From Ruminococcus flavefaciens (GTDB lineage Bacteria; Bacillota; Clostridia; Oscillospirales; Ruminococcaceae): DNA of 64,000 nucleotides. The position numbers and the translations under genes are program-made. How positions within the stretch are numbered: the first letter of the stretch is position 1; every line of letters begins with the position of its first letter. Below are positions 32,010 through 41,190 of this stretch, one piece after another. Location: NCBI GenBank assembly GCA_946624075.1, contig CAMORW010000001.1, positions 157,437 through 221,436 on the forward strand. The letters run 5' to 3'. The notes beneath the pieces are model-generated. The model made no database searches. It had not been told where the DNA came from and worked only from the letters and a program-made list of their open reading frames with translations.

Positions 32010-33326
32010 TTATTCAGCTGCTTCTTCTGTCTTGGCTGCTGCTTCGTTATCTACTACAGCATTCTCCTTAACCAGTTCAACTGCCTTGGATACCTTGATA
32101 TCTGTGATGTAGTCATCAAGTGAAATGAATCTCTTGATAGTCTCTACATCTACCTTGTTTGCAGCTGCGATCTCAGAAAGGCCATTGTTGATCTCTTCCT
32201 CTGTAGGCTCGATGCCTTCGAGCTCTGCGATCTTCTCAAGTGCAAGTCTGAGCTTTACTTCGCCCTCTGCTCTGTCTCTGTATGTCTCTCTCAGTGAGTC
32301 AGCATCCATGCCTGTGTACTGAGTGTAGAGCTTAAGATCCATGCCCTGCTGCTGGAGCTGCTGCTCAAATGAACGCATGATAGAGTTGATGCGCTGCTCA
32401 TACATGCAGTTCGGGATAGGTGAATCTACCTTGTCGATGATAGCCTGCATGATAGCATTCTCAAATGCTGCATCAGCCTGTGACTCTGCGCTCTCCTGAA
32501 GCTTCTCTCTGATGTCGTTTCTGTACTCTTCAACAGTGTCGAACTCTGTAGCGTCCTTGATGAGGTCATCATTGATCTCGGGGAGCTCTTCGTAGCTGAT
32601 AGCCTTGAGCTTTGTCTTGAATGTAGCTTCCTTGCCTGCGTAATCAGTCATCTGATAATCCTCAGGGAATGTTACTACTACATCGAACTCGTCGCCGATG
32701 TTGTGGCCTGCTACCTGATCCTCAAATCCGGGGATGAACTGTCCACTGCCGAGTGTGAGCGGGTGATCCTCGCCCTTGCCGCCTTCGAATGCCTCGTCAC
32801 CGAAGAAACCTTCGAAGTCGATGATTACTTCATCGCCGATCTGTGCAGCTCTGTCCTCAACAGAAACTATACGAGCGTTCTTCTTTCTTATCATTTCGAT
32901 CTGTCTGTCGATATCCTCGTCAGTGATCTCCTTTACCTGCTTGGGAGCCTTGATGCCCTTGTAGTCGGATATCTCGATCTCAGGCTTTGTTACGCATATT
33001 GCCTTGAGCTCTACGCCTTCGTTCTTGTCGATAGACTCGATCTCTACGTTAGGTCTGTCAACGAGAACAAGTCCTGTCTCCTTGACAGCTGCGTCGATCT
33101 CAGGTCCGAGGAGAGAGTTGATAGCGCCCTCATAGAATGCGCCCTCACCGAATTCTCTTTCAGCAAGCTTTCTGGAAACCTTGCCCTTTCTGAATCCCTT
33201 GATCTGAATATTCTTCTTCTGGCGCTGATACTCCTGCTCTACAGCCTTCTCGAAAGTCTCTGCGTCGATCGTGATTACTAACTCGGTAGTATTTACATCT
33301 GTCTTTGTTGATGATTTTAAACTCAT
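32010..33326 (-). CDS. tig: Trigger factor
   Basis: IKGFRKGK signature, FKBP domain IDFEG...LGSGQFIPGFE; start moved to ATG 33326. Confidence 0.97.
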   Translation of the reverse strand: MSLKSSTKTDVNTTELVITIDAETFEKAVEQEYQRQKKNIQIKGFRKGKVSRKLAEREFGEGAFYEGAINSLLGPEIDAAVKETGLVLVDRPNVEIESIDKNEGVELKAICVTKPEIEISDYKGIKAPKQVKEITDEDIDRQIEMIRKKNARIVSVEDRAAQIGDEVIIDFEGFFGDEAFEGGKGEDHPLTLGSGQFIPGFEDQVAGHNIGDEFDVVVTFPEDYQMTDYAGKEATFKTKLKAISYEELPEINDDLIKDATEFDTVEEYRNDIREKLQESAESQADAAFENAIMQAIIDKVDSPIPNCMYEQRINSIMRSFEQQLQQQGMDLKLYTQYTGMDADSLRETYRDRAEGEVKLRLALEKIAELEGIEPTEEEINNGLSEIAAANKVDVETIKRFISLDDYITDIKVSKAVELVKENAVVDNEAAAKTEEAAE

Positions 33327-33428
33327 AATTAATGCGTCCTCCATTATTTATATAACATACTTGGAATATTATACCACATTCCTGAAAATATTTCTACTGA
33401 TTTTTGACACTTCTGCACTTTGCATAAT

Positions 33429-34127
33429 TTATATCACTTTTTCCGGAATAAATTGCAGATAATCACCAGCGATAAGGTGGAAATTTATGTCATCATAGGT
33501 GTTTTTTATGCAGAGTTCGTGTGCAGACCTGCCATGGATATGACCGTAATAGCATTCCTTTATCTTATACCGGTAAAGGATGTCAAGTATGTCATAGTTG
33601 AAATTTGTTGCAAATATCGGCGGATAATGCAGGAATACTATCGGCTCAAGCCCCTCGCTGAGCGCCGACTTTATCGACATTTCCAGACGCTGGACTTCCC
33701 TTTTCAGTACCTTTTCGTCCTGAACATCTTTCGCGTCTGTGCCGTTTACCCAGCCACGGGTGCCGCATATCCCGTATTCACCGTATCTGTAGTGGTTGTT
33801 GTGCAGTATGCTTATGGAACCTATCCCCTCAGCTGCAAGGAAGTCGCCCATTTTTTTCATAGTCGACCACCAGTAATCATGGTTGCCTTTGAGGATGATC
33901 TTGCGCCCGGGAAGTCCGTCTATAAAGCGGAAATCCGGCGCTGCCTGCTCAAGCGACATGCCCCATGATATGTCGCCGGCAAGCACGATCGTATCATCTT
34001 CGCGGATCATCCCGAGCCAGTTCTTCTCAATGCGCTGCTGATAATCCTGCCACCCCGGAAAGACCTCCATGGTCTTCGAGGGATCTCCTTTGCAGAGATG
34101 AAGATCGCCTATCACATACAGACTCAT
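33429..34127 (-). CDS. Calcineurin-like metallophosphoesterase
   Basis: GDLH, AGDISW, KGNHDYW, LHYPP, YGHIH. Confidence 0.92.
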   Translation of the reverse strand: MSLYVIGDLHLCKGDPSKTMEVFPGWQDYQQRIEKNWLGMIREDDTIVLAGDISWGMSLEQAAPDFRFIDGLPGRKIILKGNHDYWWSTMKKMGDFLAAEGIGSISILHNNHYRYGEYGICGTRGWVNGTDAKDVQDEKVLKREVQRLEMSIKSALSEGLEPIVFLHYPPIFATNFNYDILDILYRYKIKECYYGHIHGRSAHELCIKNTYDDINFHLIAGDYLQFIPEKVI

Positions 34128-34128
34128 A

Positions 34129-35622
34129 TCATACGCCCAGTTTATTGAGGACGTACTGCTTCTGCTCTGCCTTCTCTATTGCGTCGTTGAAACGCTCAGG
34201 CTTGTTCCTGAGGTCAGCAAGTGCTGCCGGTATGTCAAGCTTTGAGAGTTCTGCTATCCTGTCTACCTTTGCGTATTCGTCTATGTCAGATGCCTTGCCT
34301 TCAAGTGCTTCAAGAACCGCTGCACTGAATTTGTACGGGCTTGCTGTGGATGCGATGACTGTCTTTGTAGTGTCACCTGTTGCTTCGCGGTAGTCGTTGT
34401 ATACCTTTACCGCAACTGCTGTATGTGTATCGCATGTATATCCGTACTTCTCATATACTGCGTGGATAGTCGCCTTTGTTTCTGCGTCATCACAGAATCC
34501 GCCGCAGAATTCCTCTGTAAGCTTCTTCTTTACATCGTCTGTTACTTCATATCTGCCTTCAGATGCGAGCTTGCCGAACCATTCTCTTATCTGTGCATCG
34601 TCCCTGCCGGTCATGAGATACAGAAGTCTCTCAAGATTGCTGGATATGAGGATATCCATTGAAGGAGATACTGTCGCGTAGAATTGGCGGTTCCTGTCGT
34701 ATACACCTGTATTTATGAAGTCTGTGAGAACATTGTTGATGTTGGATGCGCATATCAGCTTGTTTACCGGTACTCCCATGTGCTTTGCATAATATGCAGC
34801 AAGTATATTTCCGAAGTTTCCTGTGGGAACTACGATGTTTATCTTGTCACCAAGACTGATCTCGCCGTCCTTAACAAGTTCGGCATACGCTGATACATAA
34901 TATACGATCTGCGGTACAAGGCGTCCCCAGTTGATAGAGTTTGCAGAGGAGAAAACTATGCCGTTTTCAGTGAGCTGCTTCTTTACGTCATTGTCTGTGA
35001 AGATCTCCTTGACTCCGTTCTGGCAGTCATCAAAGTTGCCCTTGATAGCGCATACTCCAACATTTGAGCCTTCCTGTGTCTTCATCTGACGCTTCTGCAT
35101 CGGGCTTACACCGTCTTCCGGATAGAATACGAGGATGGATGTGCCCTCAACATCCTTGAAGCCTTCAAGTGCAGCCTTTCCTGTGTCTCCGGATGTCGCA
35201 ACGAGGATAACTATCTTCTTGTCAAGTCCTATCTTCTTTGCGGATGTTGTCAGGAAGTAGGGCAGTATCTGAAGTGCCATATCCTTGAACGCACATGTCG
35301 GTCCGTGCCAGAGTTCCAGCATGTATGTACCGTCGAAGAGATGTGCAAGCTCGGATATGCTCTCTGTCTCGAAATTCTTTGTTGAATATGCGTTATCGGT
35401 GCAGTAGTGTATCTCTGCTTCAGTAAAATCTGTAAGATACTTGGAGAATACATAGAATGCTCTGTCGGCATACTTCATCTCACCAATAGCCTTTATCTCA
35501 TCAAGTGTCAGCTCCGGTATGCTCTCAGGCACGAAGAGTCCGCCCTCTGTGGATATGCCCTGAGTTATAGCCTCAGCGCTGCTGACTTTGACATTGCTGT
35601 TTCGTGTGCTGTTGTACAACAT
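34129..35622 (-). CDS. thrC: Threonine synthase
   Basis: LY.STR start, ELWHGPTCAFKD (PLP Lys), ATSGDTG, NSINWGR, VPTGNFGN; ATG 35622. Confidence 0.96.
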   Translation of the reverse strand: MLYNSTRNSNVKVSSAEAITQGISTEGGLFVPESIPELTLDEIKAIGEMKYADRAFYVFSKYLTDFTEAEIHYCTDNAYSTKNFETESISELAHLFDGTYMLELWHGPTCAFKDMALQILPYFLTTSAKKIGLDKKIVILVATSGDTGKAALEGFKDVEGTSILVFYPEDGVSPMQKRQMKTQEGSNVGVCAIKGNFDDCQNGVKEIFTDNDVKKQLTENGIVFSSANSINWGRLVPQIVYYVSAYAELVKDGEISLGDKINIVVPTGNFGNILAAYYAKHMGVPVNKLICASNINNVLTDFINTGVYDRNRQFYATVSPSMDILISSNLERLLYLMTGRDDAQIREWFGKLASEGRYEVTDDVKKKLTEEFCGGFCDDAETKATIHAVYEKYGYTCDTHTAVAVKVYNDYREATGDTTKTVIASTASPYKFSAAVLEALEGKASDIDEYAKVDRIAELSKLDIPAALADLRNKPERFNDAIEKAEQKQYVLNKLGV

Positions 35623-35632
35623 ATTATCACCC

Positions 35633-36010
35633 TTAAAATATAAAGTTATAGCCTGTGGTATCATAGGCATTCTGGATATAATCAATGCTGAACACCCTGT
35701 CCTCTCCGGCGATGACCTGTGCGACATCGAACCGGGGCTGGAGCATTGTCGGATGTTTGCAGCAATAATCGCTTGCTGCCCTTATTATCAGTCCCTTCTT
35801 GCGCTTATCAATGGCATCAAAGCCGCTCGCGAGACTTCCGGGCATTCGTGTTTTCACTTCTGTAAAGACGATATAATCTGCGTTCTCCGCGATTATATCT
35901 ATCTCCCCGCCTTTTATGCGGTAATTCCTTGCTGTAATGACGTATCCGAGGTCTTCCAGATAACGGCAGACGGCTTCTTCACCCAGCTTTCCCTTTTCGG
36001 CCCTGTTCAT
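35633..36010 (-). CDS. yraN: YraN-family protein (UPF0102)
   Basis: G..GE..., RNYR...GEIDII, FTEVKTR, RFDV. Confidence 0.92.
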   Translation of the reverse strand: MNRAEKGKLGEEAVCRYLEDLGYVITARNYRIKGGEIDIIAENADYIVFTEVKTRMPGSLASGFDAIDKRKKGLIIRAASDYCCKHPTMLQPRFDVAQVIAGEDRVFSIDYIQNAYDTTGYNFIF

Positions 36011-36015
36011 ATCAC

Positions 36016-36636
36016 TCAGACCTCTGCCAGCTTTTTGAGAAAGCTGCGCCTGTGTACCGGGGAGATGCCGTATTTTTCAAGCATCTCATAGTGCAGTTTG
36101 GTACCGTAGCCCTTGTGCTGCTCAAAACAGTACTCCGGATATTCCTCCGCCAGCTGCTTCATATACCTGTCACGGCTCACTTTCGCCAGCACTGATGCCG
36201 CTGAGATGGATGCTGATGTTGCGTCTCCTTTTATGACGTAACTCGCCTCACAGCTGAGTTCGGGGATACGGTTGCCGTCTATGAGTGCCATATCAGGCAC
36301 CACGCCAAGTCCTTCAACAGCTCTTTTCATGGCAAGCATCGTCGCCTGAAGGATATTCAGACGGTCTATCTCCTCTACTGATGCCGTAGCGATGCAATAA
36401 GCCTGCGCCTTTTCGATTATCTCGTCATAGAGCATCTCACGGCGCTTCTCGGATATCTTCTTGCTGTCATTCAGGTAATTTATCGTCAGTCCTTCGGGAA
36501 GTATGACTGCTGCTGCGTAAACATCGCCTGCCAGCGGTCCGCGTCCTGCTTCATCAACTCCGCATATGACCGGATGATCGTTCCTTACGGCACTGTCATA
36601 TTCAAACAGCTCCGTGTGAAGTGTTATCCTTGCCAT
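36016..36636 (-). CDS. rnhB: Ribonuclease HII
   Basis: GVDEAGRGP, LNDSKK, LIDGN, KGD..S.SI.AAS.LAKV.RD. Confidence 0.97.
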   Translation of the reverse strand: MARITLHTELFEYDSAVRNDHPVICGVDEAGRGPLAGDVYAAAVILPEGLTINYLNDSKKISEKRREMLYDEIIEKAQAYCIATASVEEIDRLNILQATMLAMKRAVEGLGVVPDMALIDGNRIPELSCEASYVIKGDATSASISAASVLAKVSRDRYMKQLAEEYPEYCFEQHKGYGTKLHYEMLEKYGISPVHRRSFLKKLAEV

Positions 36637-37517
36637 TACTCTTCCTTTCCGGGAGGCAGCTCAAGCGTGATCCTGCCGAGTTTTCCGCTGCGGAACTCGT
36701 CGATAACCGTTATCGCAGCACGCTCGGTATTGATCTCTCCGCCGGATATCATCATCCCGCGCTTTCTGCCAACTTTTTCAAGCAGTTCAAGTCCGGTATC
36801 TCCGGCATCTGGTTCGATCTTGTACCTGTCCTTCAGTGACTGCGGATACTCCTCGGCAAGGAAGCTGAGAAGCTTCATGGCAAGTGTTTCGGTATCAAGT
36901 ATATCGTCACTTATGGCGCCTGTAAAAGCAAGTCTGATAGCTGCCTGCTGGTCTTCAAACTTTGGCCAGAGCACTCCGGGCATGTCCAGAAGTTCGGTCC
37001 TGTCATCCAGTTTTACCCACTGCTTGGTCCTGGTAACTCCCGGTCTGTCTTCCGCCTTGGCACGCTTGGAACCGGCAAGCCTGTTGATGATAGTCGATTT
37101 TCCTACGTTAGGTATACCAACGATCATTAGCCGGACTGCCGCTCCGGTCATTCCGCTGCGTTCACGTTTTTCCATAAGTTCACGCAGTACATTTCCGCGG
37201 ACTGAGGGCAGTATGTTCTTGATGCCCTTGCCTGACTTGCAGTCAACTGCTACAGCTTCTGCACCTTTGCTCCGGAAGTAGTTTATCCACTTCTGCGTCG
37301 CCTTCTCGTCTGCAAGGTCGGATTTATTGAGCAGTACTATCCTCGGTTTCCCGGATGTCAGCCTGTCCATTTCCGGATTTCGGCTGCTCAGCGGTGCACG
37401 GGCATCCACTATCTCCGCCACTGCATCTACAAGCTTCAGATTTGCAGTGATGAGTCTCCGTGTTTTCGCCATGTGTCCCGGGAACCACTGTATCTGCTTC
37501 ATTTCTGTATTATCCAC
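36636..37517 (-). CDS. rbgA: Ribosome biogenesis GTPase RbgA/YlqF
   Basis: QWFPGHMAK, NKSDL, GIPNVGKST, LLDMPG. Confidence 0.97.
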   Translation of the reverse strand: MDNTEMKQIQWFPGHMAKTRRLITANLKLVDAVAEIVDARAPLSSRNPEMDRLTSGKPRIVLLNKSDLADEKATQKWINYFRSKGAEAVAVDCKSGKGIKNILPSVRGNVLRELMEKRERSGMTGAAVRLMIVGIPNVGKSTIINRLAGSKRAKAEDRPGVTRTKQWVKLDDRTELLDMPGVLWPKFEDQQAAIRLAFTGAISDDILDTETLAMKLLSFLAEEYPQSLKDRYKIEPDAGDTGLELLEKVGRKRGMMISGGEINTERAAITVIDEFRSGKLGRITLELPPGKEE

Positions 37518-37529
37518 TTTCCCTCCTGT

Positions 37530-38111
37530 TCAGCTTTTCAGAAACCCTATTTTTCCGATAGGATATACACGCATGACTGCTTTGCCGATTATGTCTTCTT
37601 CGGATACGAATCCGATCATATCCCAGCGGCTGTCTCTCGAATTCATCCTGTTATCACCCATGACGAACACGCAGCCTTCCGGCACTGTGACCGGATATTT
37701 CCCTGTGAATGAGCCGTCATCGATATGCGTAAGTCCGGTGATGTAATCCTCTTTAAGCTGCTCTCCGTCAACATAGACTCTTCCCAGCGGAAAATCTATA
37801 TCCACGGTCTGACCTTCTGTTGCTATGACTCTCTTGATTATCGTCATGCCGGCACCTTCACCGCGCACAAGCTCTCCGTTATCGTCAAGCAGCAGGGATT
37901 CTTCAGCGTTTATCACTACTATGTCTCCGCATTCCGGTTTACCGTAAAGTCTCGTCACTATGAGCCGGTCTCCGGAATCGAGTGTCCGGTTCATAGAATC
38001 GCCGTCTACCTCTGTTATCCTGAGCACATATGAGAATATGATGCTCATCACAAACATACATATCAGCAGCGTTTCTATAAATCCGAACAGTTCTTCCTTT
38101 TTCTCTTTCAT
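37530..38111 (-). CDS. lepB: Signal peptidase I (copy 2)
   Basis: GDSM (Ser), IIKRVI (Lys), FVMGDNRMNSRDSR. Confidence 0.93.
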   Translation of the reverse strand: MKEKKEELFGFIETLLICMFVMSIIFSYVLRITEVDGDSMNRTLDSGDRLIVTRLYGKPECGDIVVINAEESLLLDDNGELVRGEGAGMTIIKRVIATEGQTVDIDFPLGRVYVDGEQLKEDYITGLTHIDDGSFTGKYPVTVPEGCVFVMGDNRMNSRDSRWDMIGFVSEEDIIGKAVMRVYPIGKIGFLKS

Positions 38112-38935
38112 TACTTATATGAGTTCCATAAGAACTTGAACTCGCTGAAAGGCGAATACTTCATTATTGCCTTTCCGTAGATCTGGTCTTTCTTGATGAG
38201 TCCGACAAGGCTGTTGCGGCTGTCAGATGAATTCTCGCGGTTGTCGCCCATTACGAAATAGTATCCGTCAGGTACTGTGAAAGGATAGCGGCCGTAGAAC
38301 TCGCCGGTCGGTGATGTTATAGCATTCTCCATAACATAGGGCTCATCTATCTTCTCTCCGTCTACTGTAACGAACCATTCCTTGGGATCACTCGAAGAAT
38401 TGTCGATGTTTATCTCCTGTCCGCCTGATGCGATAACTCTCTTGATTATGCACTCGTTGAGCGGATTTGCACCTATCTGCACCTCATAGGGTGAACCGTT
38501 TTCGTCGATAGAATATACTGCATCATTATTGATTATTACTATGTCGCCATATTCCAGTTTTCCGTACACTGTGGTCATGAATATCTTGTCGTTATCATTC
38601 AGTGTAGGCATCATAGAATGGCCCATAACGTTTACGGGATGCAGTAAATATGTGAATATCATTACTATCACAAATACTGTTATAAGTGTTGATTCAACGA
38701 TCTCAGCGACGTCTCCGAGGATCTTTTTGCCTATGTTGGCATTATCATCAGCTTCTTCCGGCTGCTCATCTTCTTCATTCGTCTCTGCCGGTGCCTCATC
38801 GTCAGCTTCGTCTGTCGCTTTCCCTGCTGCTTCTTCGGCAAGTCCGGCTGCTTCTTCCGCTGTCTCTTCGGCTTTTTCCTCTGCTTCTGCAAGCGCATCG
38901 GCTGACTCTTCTATGAGATCCTTTTCGTCTTTCAT
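38111..38935 (-). CDS. lepB: Signal peptidase I (copy 1, acidic N-terminal extension)
   Basis: GHSM, IIKRVI, FVMGDNRENSSDSR. Confidence 0.93.
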   Translation of the reverse strand: MKDEKDLIEESADALAEAEEKAEETAEEAAGLAEEAAGKATDEADDEAPAETNEEDEQPEEADDNANIGKKILGDVAEIVESTLITVFVIVMIFTYLLHPVNVMGHSMMPTLNDNDKIFMTTVYGKLEYGDIVIINNDAVYSIDENGSPYEVQIGANPLNECIIKRVIASGGQEINIDNSSSDPKEWFVTVDGEKIDEPYVMENAITSPTGEFYGRYPFTVPDGYYFVMGDNRENSSDSRNSLVGLIKKDQIYGKAIMKYSPFSEFKFLWNSYK

Positions 38936-39070
38936 ATCAACGCCTCCTGTCGTATTTATAAGTTATATTACCGGTGTCATAATACTGTATGTAGCAAAAA
39001 AGGGACTGTACGTCCCTTGGGATTTGATGAGTCAGGCAGATCGCTCTGCCTGAACCCAACATTGAGCCTC

Positions 39071-39415
39071 TTAGCGGATCTGCTCCTTGACCTTAGCTGC
39101 CTTACCAACTCTGTCTCTGAGATAGTAGAGCTTAGCTCTGCGAACTTTACCGTATCTAACGACCTCTACCTTGTCAACAACAGGAGAGTGGAGAGGGAAT
39201 ACTCTTTCGATACCGCAGCCGTGTGCTACACGTCTAACTGTGAAAGTCTCGCTGATACCGCCGTGCTTCTTAGCGATAACTGTACCCTCGAATACCTGAA
39301 TACGGCTCTTGTCGCCTTCCTTGATCTGTACGTGAACCTTTACAGTGTCACCTACATTGAACTGGGGAACATTTTCCTTCATGCTTGATTCGCTGATTAA
39401 CTTGAGTGCATCCAT
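39071..39415 (-). CDS. rplS: 50S ribosomal protein L19
   Basis: [28 protein letters not shown]. Confidence 0.99.
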   Translation of the reverse strand: MDALKLISESSMKENVPQFNVGDTVKVHVQIKEGDKSRIQVFEGTVIAKKHGGISETFTVRRVAHGCGIERVFPLHSPVVDKVEVVRYGKVRRAKLYYLRDRVGKAAKVKEQIR

Positions 39416-39487
39416 TTTAATTTCCTCCTAAAATTTCCGAACATTCATAAACCGCCCAGTTCTTCCCGTTCAGCTTCCGGTAAGACT

Positions 39488-39536
39488 GGATAATGACGGC
39501 TCTTCATTTCAGCCTGTCACGGTCAGCGGACTATCC
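39488..39536 (-). ncRNA. Putative L19 leader (autoregulatory element)
   Basis: GGATAGT/ATTATCC outer stem enclosing CCGCT...AAGAGC, as in Firmicute L19 leaders; lies between a TTGCAT-N17-TATGAT promoter (39639-39611) and rplS. Confidence 0.5.
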
Positions 39537-39824
39537 GATTTAATGTCTTTCGGCATTAACCCTCATTCGCTGTGATAAAATCATAACGAACGGATTTCAA
39601 ATGCTTTTATATCATACCATACTTTTCAGGAAAATGCAAGTGTTTTTTTGAAAAAACGAAAAATATTTTTTATTTCTTTTTAAGTACCGCCATGTCAACA
39701 TGATGGAGGATGCAAATTCTGACTTGATTATATATTCAAGCAATTATTTATGAGCATCCAAGTAAGAGACTACACGCCGTCTATTTCCTGTTTTTAATTT
39801 GTACATTGCAATAAACTATCATTT

Positions 39825-40493
39825 TTATGTATCACTTTTTTCAAGTTGCATAGACACAAGCTTTTCAGGTGCTTGATGGTCTTTTTCGAGCATATCAAAC
39901 CATTTTTCTAATTCTCCTAATTGAATTTTAACCTCATCTTGCTTTTGAATTGTATTTAAAAGTGTTTCAACCTTATTGCATAATGACAAACGTTGCTCCT
40001 CATATACTGTTTCAGAACAGCTTTCATGCATTTTAGTCGATAACCATATTCCTTTAATTATACCTAAAAAATATGCTAATTGTAGCTCAGTTATTTTTTC
40101 TTTATCTACAAAAACCTTGTTAAAAGCATCGTCTATTTGAGATGAAAGCTCAACATTGTTTTTATTTACCATTGTATCAAGTGGTTTCTTTGATGTATTA
40201 CATATTCTTTTGCTCTTCCTCTCTCTCTTCATCTCTTCCGTTTTATTTTCGATATAACTACTAAAATGATTGAACGCAAAACTTATCCCCTTTTCAAAAA
40301 GCCTTGTCATTAAATCAATTGCTATATTATCTAAAATCAATTCACTTTTTTTCACGCCTTTCCAATCTGCTGGTCTAACAAATTCATTACCATCATTGGT
40401 AAATGTCAACGAACTATACGCCCCTTTATTCTTTGTAGAATTACCTAAATGTGTGTTGTCATCTAAAATAGGGCGATAATATTTAGTTTTCAC
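39825..40493 (-). CDS. AT-rich orphan hypothetical protein (~222 aa)
   Basis: GTG start 9 nt after AAGGAGG; open frame; about 30% GC in sampled lines versus about 50% in the flanks. Confidence 0.75.
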   Translation of the reverse strand: MKTKYYRPILDDNTHLGNSTKNKGAYSSLTFTNDGNEFVRPADWKGVKKSELILDNIAIDLMTRLFEKGISFAFNHFSSYIENKTEEMKRERKSKRICNTSKKPLDTMVNKNNVELSSQIDDAFNKVFVDKEKITELQLAYFLGIIKGIWLSTKMHESCSETVYEEQRLSLCNKVETLLNTIQKQDEVKIQLGELEKWFDMLEKDHQAPEKLVSMQLEKSDT

Positions 40494-40527
40494 TATTTCA
40501 TTCCTCCTTCTATAACCTAGTTTTTTC

Positions 40528-41190
40528 TCATTTGAAGGCAGTTCCGTCTGCACAGAGTATTGCTGTCCGGCGTATCTTCTCGGCAGAAAAAGGCACGGTC
40601 CCGGAATTCTTCAGTGCTTCGATGAAAAGCGCCGGATTGTAGTTGGTCTGTGTACCGGCAGGAAGACGCATAACCATGTCCACCGAGCCTGCCGTTTTTG
40701 TGCAGCTGACGACCTCCAGCTCCGGCTTGATATCCACCGTTTTTATGCCCTTCTTCGTCTTTTTCTCAATAAGTATGTTTTCGCCGGACATAAGCGCTTC
40801 AACGCCCTGCATCAGTGCTTCCGTATCTTCTGTCACAAGCGAGAAGCTGTATTCAGCCTGTGTTATGGCTGTTATCTTCTGCACCTGCTCTGCAACTGAC
40901 AGTATACGCATGCCTTCCGGCATTACAGCGTTGAGCCTGTCGCGTATCTCGTCCATGGACATGCTGTCATCAGTGATGTTGAAGTCAAGTATCTCGCAGT
41001 CACTCTCAAATCCAAGTGACAGTGCAAGTGCAAAGGCATAATACGGGTGAGGATTGAAGCCCTCTGTGTACCATATCGGCAGCTTCGAACGTCTGAATAT
41101 CCTCAGCATACAGCGGTTGAGATCAAGGTGTGATATATATTTCGCACGGCCTGTCTTTTCAAAAACTGCTCTTACTCTCAGCAAAAACAT
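40528..41190 (-). CDS. TIGR03936-family radical SAM-associated protein
   Basis: F.KTGRAKYISHLD..R...R..RRS.LPI.YTEGFNPHP; directly follows TIGR03960. Confidence 0.9.
   Translation of the reverse strand: MFLLRVRAVFEKTGRAKYISHLDLNRCMLRIFRRSKLPIWYTEGFNPHPYYAFALALSLGFESDCEILDFNITDDSMSMDEIRDRLNAVMPEGMRILSVAEQVQKITAITQAEYSFSLVTEDTEALMQGVEALMSGENILIEKKTKKGIKTVDIKPELEVVSCTKTAGSVDMVMRLPAGTQTNYNPALFIEALKNSGTVPFSAEKIRRTAILCADGTAFK

Noticed and set aside
35623-35727. thrC N-terminal extension overlapping yraN
   Set aside because: Homology starts at MLYNSTR (35622); the extension would overlap yraN on the same strand in another frame.
40494-40553. Start of the AT-rich ORF at 40553
   Set aside because: It overlaps the 3' end of the TIGR03936 gene; a GTG at 40493 has a perfect AAGGAGG RBS.
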